Below, piece by piece: positions 59,700-64,000 of a stretch of 64,000 bases of DNA. Below the pieces are notes generated by a model. The model was not told the DNA's origin, did no database searches, and saw nothing but the letters and a program-made list of their open reading frames with translations. The DNA is from Candidatus Cloacimonadales bacterium (GTDB taxonomy: Bacteria; Cloacimonadota; Cloacimonadia; Cloacimonadales; JAIOQZ01), in contig OY762463.1 in assembly GCA_963665815.1 (NCBI GenBank), positions 1,408,001 through 1,472,000 of the forward strand, read 5' to 3'. The translations under genes and the position numbers were made by a program. Position 1 is the stretch's first letter, and every line of letters begins with the position of its first letter.

Positions 59700-62450
59700 A
59701 TGAAATTTAACATAATCTTCTTTTTTATTTTTATAGTCACAGGAATCTATTCTATAGAAAATACCGTTACTGAAAAGTATGATGCCGGAGCTAATGACAG
59801 TAGAATTACTGCTCAAGTCATGGCTGATGAACTTGTAAAAGAAAAAATCATTGAGACACTCAGCAAGAAATATAATATTTCTCCTGAAAAAGCTCCATTG
59901 CTGTCAGTTCTCATCTTCAGAAAGGAAATCCGGACTGACTGGGGTGGAGATTTTTTTACAACGACTAACAAATACTCTGAAATTGAATCTTTCAAAAGCA
60001 AACTGCATGAAGTAAGGACTGATTCAATTCTTGTTAATCACATTTTCAGATCACAGAGCAGAATTGATTCTGCTAAAAATGAAATTACAAAACTTCAGAA
60101 AATTCTTACCGGGAAAATGACTCTCCTTTCTCAAAAACAGTACTTTGATAATGTACTGAATATTGCATCAGAAAATCTGTTCCAGACAGCTATCTACCAC
60201 TATTTGAATGCATCTCCTGATTCTGCTCTTGTAAAACTTTCCGAAGCATCTGAACTGATTTCAGACAATGCTGCAATATATTTTTTTACCGGTATGACTT
60301 ATATGAAAAAACTTGATTATAAGAATACTATTGCAAACTTCGAGAAAGCATTATGGCTGAATGATAAATATACTTCTGTATACTTCTATTGTGCTCAGGC
60401 ATATCTTGCCTTGAACAATATTGAGAAAGCAATTGAGTATCTGGAAAAGTACTTGACAGTCGAAAAAAGAAACTTCATGGCATGGTACTATGCTGCAACC
60501 TATTACCAATCACAAAACAATCAAGAGAAGGCTCTGGAATACTATCTCGAATCCTATAACCTCAATAAAAGTTATATGCCTGTACTGGAATACCTGGCAG
60601 GATATTTTAAGAAAGAAAAAGATTATGAGAAAGTTATCGAGTTCTACGAAAAAATTGCTGACCTCGAGCCAGACAATGAAGATGCTTTTAAAACTCTCGG
60701 TTTAGCATATACTTATGTAGGAGAAATGGGAAAATCAATCAAAGCATTTGAAGCTGCAATAAAAATAGACTCTACTGATTCTGAGATCTATTATAATTTG
60801 GGACAAAGCTGTAAATTTGTGAAACAAAACAGAAAGGCAATTGATGCATTCAAGAAAGCCATGAGACTCGAACCGGAAAATATGGAATACATGACTAATC
60901 TTGCTCAAATGTATGACCTGGAAAATGAAAATGAAAACAGCATTGAAATTTACAATAGAATATTGGAGAAAACACCCGGTGATCACGCTGTATTGTTCAG
61001 GCTGAAAGATTTGTATAAAACGACCCGGAACGACACTAAATTGATAGAAACACTCAATAGTATTCTGGATTACTTCCCGGAAGAAACACATTTTTATACA
61101 CAGATTGGTGATGTTTATCAGAAAAACGGAGATTATCCGGCTGCGATAGCTTCCTTCAAAAAGAAAGTCAGTCTCGACAATGAAGATGCTGGTGTTTATT
61201 ACAAGTTAGCTTTATTGTATGAAGTAACTGACAGCACAGACAAGGTAATTGAGTTTCTCAAGAAAACAGTTGAGTTTGATTATAAAAATTCTGATGCACA
61301 TGAAAAACTGGGAGAACTGTATTACACTGACAACAATTTTCAGGCAGCAATAAACAGCATGGAAAACGCAATTACTACTGGAGATATCAGTTCCAGCAAT
61401 TACAATAATCTTGGACTGTCCTATGCCTTCATGGGTAAAAACGATAAAGCAGTGACAGCATATAAAAAGGCCTTAACAAAGAATCCAGCAGCGGCAATCA
61501 CACACAATAATCTTGGTTTATCCTATGCATATCTGCGCGATGATGACAAAGCTATCTCTTCATTCAAAAAAGCAGTTGAAAATGACCCGAAATTCTCATC
61601 TGCATACTATAATCTTGGACTGTTGTACAATATAAAAGGATATTACAAAGATGCCCTGAATGCATTCAACAATTCACTTGCAATAGAACCCGGGCAATCT
61701 GAAACACTGGCGATGACTGCAAGAATCCAGGTAGAATTGAACAATTTACCTGAAGCAGTTAAAGTACTGAAATCTGCTATTGAAATTAATCCGGACAAGA
61801 CTGAACTCTATAATTCTCTCGGAGAAATTTACTTCAAGCAGGGAAACTACAATCTTGCAATCTCAACTTATGAAAGATCCATAGCAGTAGATTCACTACA
61901 GTCTTTTGTATATAGTCAACTTGGTAACGCTTATGAGAAGAAAAATAACAAGACTCTTGCTGAGAAAGCTTACAGGAATGCTCTGAAAATAGATAAAAAC
62001 GATGCAATTGCGAACTATAATATGGGGCTCTCCTATTCTGCAAATGGAGATTATGACAAAGCTATATCTTCATACAGAAAATACATCAACCTTTTCCCAT
62101 ATGATGCATCATCATACAATAACATGGGTGAAGCCTACGCAGAAAAACAGAATTTTGAGGAAGCCCTTAATTATTACCAGAAAGCTGTAGATATCGACTC
62201 GAAGTACGTTGATGCTTTTTACAACATGGGAAAAGTCTACTTTAAGAAAAAATACTATTCACTGGCCATAAACTATTTTCTTAAGACCATTGAACTCAGT
62301 CCCGGTCACTCGGAAGCATATTACAACATTGGAGTTGCATATTCCAAAGTGAATGAACCTGACAGTATGATTAAATACATTAAGAAAGCAGCCAGACTTG
62401 GAAACACTGCTTCTCAGAACCTTTTAAGAACCATGAAAGTGAAATGGTAA
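59700..62450 (+). CDS. Secreted multi-TPR protein
   Basis: Signal peptide, then many 34-aa repeats (YNNLGLSY...A...YKKAL), ending KAARLG. Confidence 0.92.
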   Translation: MKFNIIFFFIFIVTGIYSIENTVTEKYDAGANDSRITAQVMADELVKEKIIETLSKKYNISPEKAPLLSVLIFRKEIRTDWGGDFFTTTNKYSEIESFKSKLHEVRTDSILVNHIFRSQSRIDSAKNEITKLQKILTGKMTLLSQKQYFDNVLNIASENLFQTAIYHYLNASPDSALVKLSEASELISDNAAIYFFTGMTYMKKLDYKNTIANFEKALWLNDKYTSVYFYCAQAYLALNNIEKAIEYLEKYLTVEKRNFMAWYYAATYYQSQNNQEKALEYYLESYNLNKSYMPVLEYLAGYFKKEKDYEKVIEFYEKIADLEPDNEDAFKTLGLAYTYVGEMGKSIKAFEAAIKIDSTDSEIYYNLGQSCKFVKQNRKAIDAFKKAMRLEPENMEYMTNLAQMYDLENENENSIEIYNRILEKTPGDHAVLFRLKDLYKTTRNDTKLIETLNSILDYFPEETHFYTQIGDVYQKNGDYPAAIASFKKKVSLDNEDAGVYYKLALLYEVTDSTDKVIEFLKKTVEFDYKNSDAHEKLGELYYTDNNFQAAINSMENAITTGDISSSNYNNLGLSYAFMGKNDKAVTAYKKALTKNPAAAITHNNLGLSYAYLRDDDKAISSFKKAVENDPKFSSAYYNLGLLYNIKGYYKDALNAFNNSLAIEPGQSETLAMTARIQVELNNLPEAVKVLKSAIEINPDKTELYNSLGEIYFKQGNYNLAISTYERSIAVDSLQSFVYSQLGNAYEKKNNKTLAEKAYRNALKIDKNDAIANYNMGLSYSANGDYDKAISSYRKYINLFPYDASSYNNMGEAYAEKQNFEEALNYYQKAVDIDSKYVDAFYNMGKVYFKKKYYSLAINYFLKTIELSPGHSEAYYNIGVAYSKVNEPDSMIKYIKKAARLGNTASQNLLRTMKVKW

Positions 62451-62491
62451 CTTTAATTGAAACGTTACGCAATATATGTTGTTATATTATG

Positions 62492-62650
62492 AGAGTTTTC
62501 ATAAAATCAAAATCAAGCAGTATTGGTTTAAAAAATATAGGGGAGATTTTTGAATTCAACAAGAAAACTTCTTATAGAAGCTTGTCTTAAGTCAGAATTT
62601 GATGAATTCTAAAATTGAGTCAGTGACTCCAAATATGCAGAGATCTCATT
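62492..62650. repeat. Dispersed hairpin-forming repeat, copy B
   Basis: Aligns with 38914-39070. Confidence 0.6.
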
Positions 62651-62767
62651 AACTACATCATAATATTATTGGAAGAGCTGCCAAAAAAAACTTGCCCTTT
62701 ATTATGGTATAAAAAAAGTTACTTATTGATAATAGATAATAAAAAAAAGATATAAATTGGAGGAATA

Positions 62768-63282
62768 ATGAAAAAAGGAATACTTGCAATAGTACTGATC
62801 CTTTTATGTGTATCCGTATTTGCAAATCCATTAAAAATTGCTTATGTTGATACTCGAAGAGTTGCTGATGAGTATAACAAAGCTGTTGAAGCTAAACAAA
62901 AACTAAAAGTTGCAGAAGATATCTGGATGAAGAACTTCAGGGTTACCTCAAGGATATGCAGGAAAAATATGATAGTTTTCAGATTAACGAATCTGTGTGG
63001 ACTGAAGATAAAAAGAAACAGGCTCAGCAAGAAATATACGGACTTCAGGAACGTTATGAATCAAGAAAACGTGAAGTTTATGGACAGAATGGACTTTATG
63101 ACAAAAAATACACTGAAATCATGAAACCTATTATTGAAGAAGCTCAGAAAGTTGTTTCTGAAATTGCAAAAAGAGAAAAATATACAATAGTGCTTGATTC
63201 TGTAACAGAGATTATTATCTATCTTGACGAAAGTATCGATATTACAGATACCGTCATTGCAGAATTAAATAAAAGACCATAG
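62768..63282 (+). pseudogene. skp: OmpH/Skp chaperone with a single frameshift near 62925 (real or sequencing error)
   Basis: Signal peptide and LKIAYVD in frame 1; DEELQGYLKDMQEK...IAKREKYTIVLD...DITDTVIAELN in frame 2; TGGATG would be TGG GAT with one more G. Confidence 0.8.
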
Positions 63283-63307
63283 ATTTTCATGATTAGCATA
63301 TTTTTAC

Positions 63308-63335
63308 AGCCTGTTGATTAATTCAGCAGGCTTTT
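63308..63335 (+). terminator. Intrinsic terminator after skp
   Basis: AGCCTGTTGA-ttaat-TCAGCAGGCT followed by T. Confidence 0.7.
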
Positions 63336-63340
63336 GTTAT

Positions 63341-64000
63341 ATGAAAGAAACAGACCTTTTCCCGCCTGTAAAAACCTACCTTGAAAAGCATGGATATAAT
63401 GTACATGCTGAAGTTGGTAATTGCGATATCGTTGCTGCAAAGGATAACGAAACAATTATTCTCGAAATGAAACTGCAATTGTCAGTTAAGCTGTTATGTC
63501 AGGCTGTTATCAGACAAAAACTTGAATCGGCAGTCTATATTGTTATACCTCAGAAAAGAATCAGTAAACGGCAGGATTTCAAGGAGATTAAGTACCTTCT
63601 GAGACGACTGGAGATTGGTTTGATTACTGTTGATACATCCAATACAATTTCCCCGGTGAATATTATTTTCCATCCACAACCATATCAAAAGCGCAGTAAC
63701 AAAAGAAAACAAGTATGGATAAGAGAAGAAGTAGAGGCCCGAGGAGAAAACCATAATATTGCCGGAAGCAGCAGAATAAAAATAGTGACAGCCTACAGAA
63801 AAGAAGTAATCTATATAGCAACAGTATTAAAGATATGCGGTCCTTTAAAGATAAAAATGTTAAAAGAACTTGGTGGATCAAAAAAAACAGGATCTATCCT
63901 CAATAGTGATTTCTATAAGTGGTTTCGCAGAGTTGGTCATGCAACATATGAACTGACACCTGCAGGACATACCGGATTGGAAAGATTCGAAGAAATAAGT
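63341..64000 (+). CDS. DUF2161-family putative PD-(D/E)XK protein, partial
   Basis: Manual translation MKETDLFPPVKTYLEKHGYNVHAEVGNCDIVA...TAYR...FYKWFRRV..ATYELTPAG; open at the window end. Confidence 0.85.
   Translation, partial: MKETDLFPPVKTYLEKHGYNVHAEVGNCDIVAAKDNETIILEMKLQLSVKLLCQAVIRQKLESAVYIVIPQKRISKRQDFKEIKYLLRRLEIGLITVDTSNTISPVNIIFHPQPYQKRSNKRKQVWIREEVEARGENHNIAGSSRIKIVTAYRKEVIYIATVLKICGPLKIKMLKELGGSKKTGSILNSDFYKWFRRVGHATYELTPAGHTGLERFEEIS

Overview
AT-rich bacterial chromosome segment. The repeated C-terminal 'NYPNPFNPTTTISYSL...NIKGQKVK...SGVYFY...KMIMLK' FlgD-Ig/secretion-sorting-like tails suggest Candidatus Cloacimonadota (inference). Core genes: ribBA, a TolC-MFP-GldAFG-like-DUF4340 operon, two identical tRNA-Asn, tpx, rarD, a GT4, an MBOAT plus SGNH-like pair, a hybrid kinase, a stand-alone EF-G, two transporters fused to PTS-EIIA-like domains, miaB, ispF, a long GlmS-like gene, ispD, signalling genes, a TPR protein, a frameshifted Skp/OmpH and DUF2161. 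Four accessory zones stand out. (1) 39.2-44.3 kb: three copies of a long non-coding element, each carrying an RBS-led micro-ORF (MKHWYFP, conserved through synonymous changes in two copies), separate unrelated pairs of 'secreted partner + secreted enzyme' genes (a permuted papain-like amidase and a decayed metzincin). (2) 28-35.7 kb: a tandem array of secreted beta-helix proteins joined by 373-bp identical, REP-hairpin-containing junctions, with in-frame poly-G tracts. (3) 14.4-15.9 kb: a decayed integron-like remnant behind the tRNAs. (4) 53.4-56.1 kb: an apparently catalytically dead radical SAM/SPASM protein with a small secreted peptide and a divergent ECF-like sigma factor. All assignments come from reading motifs by eye; no database searches were run.
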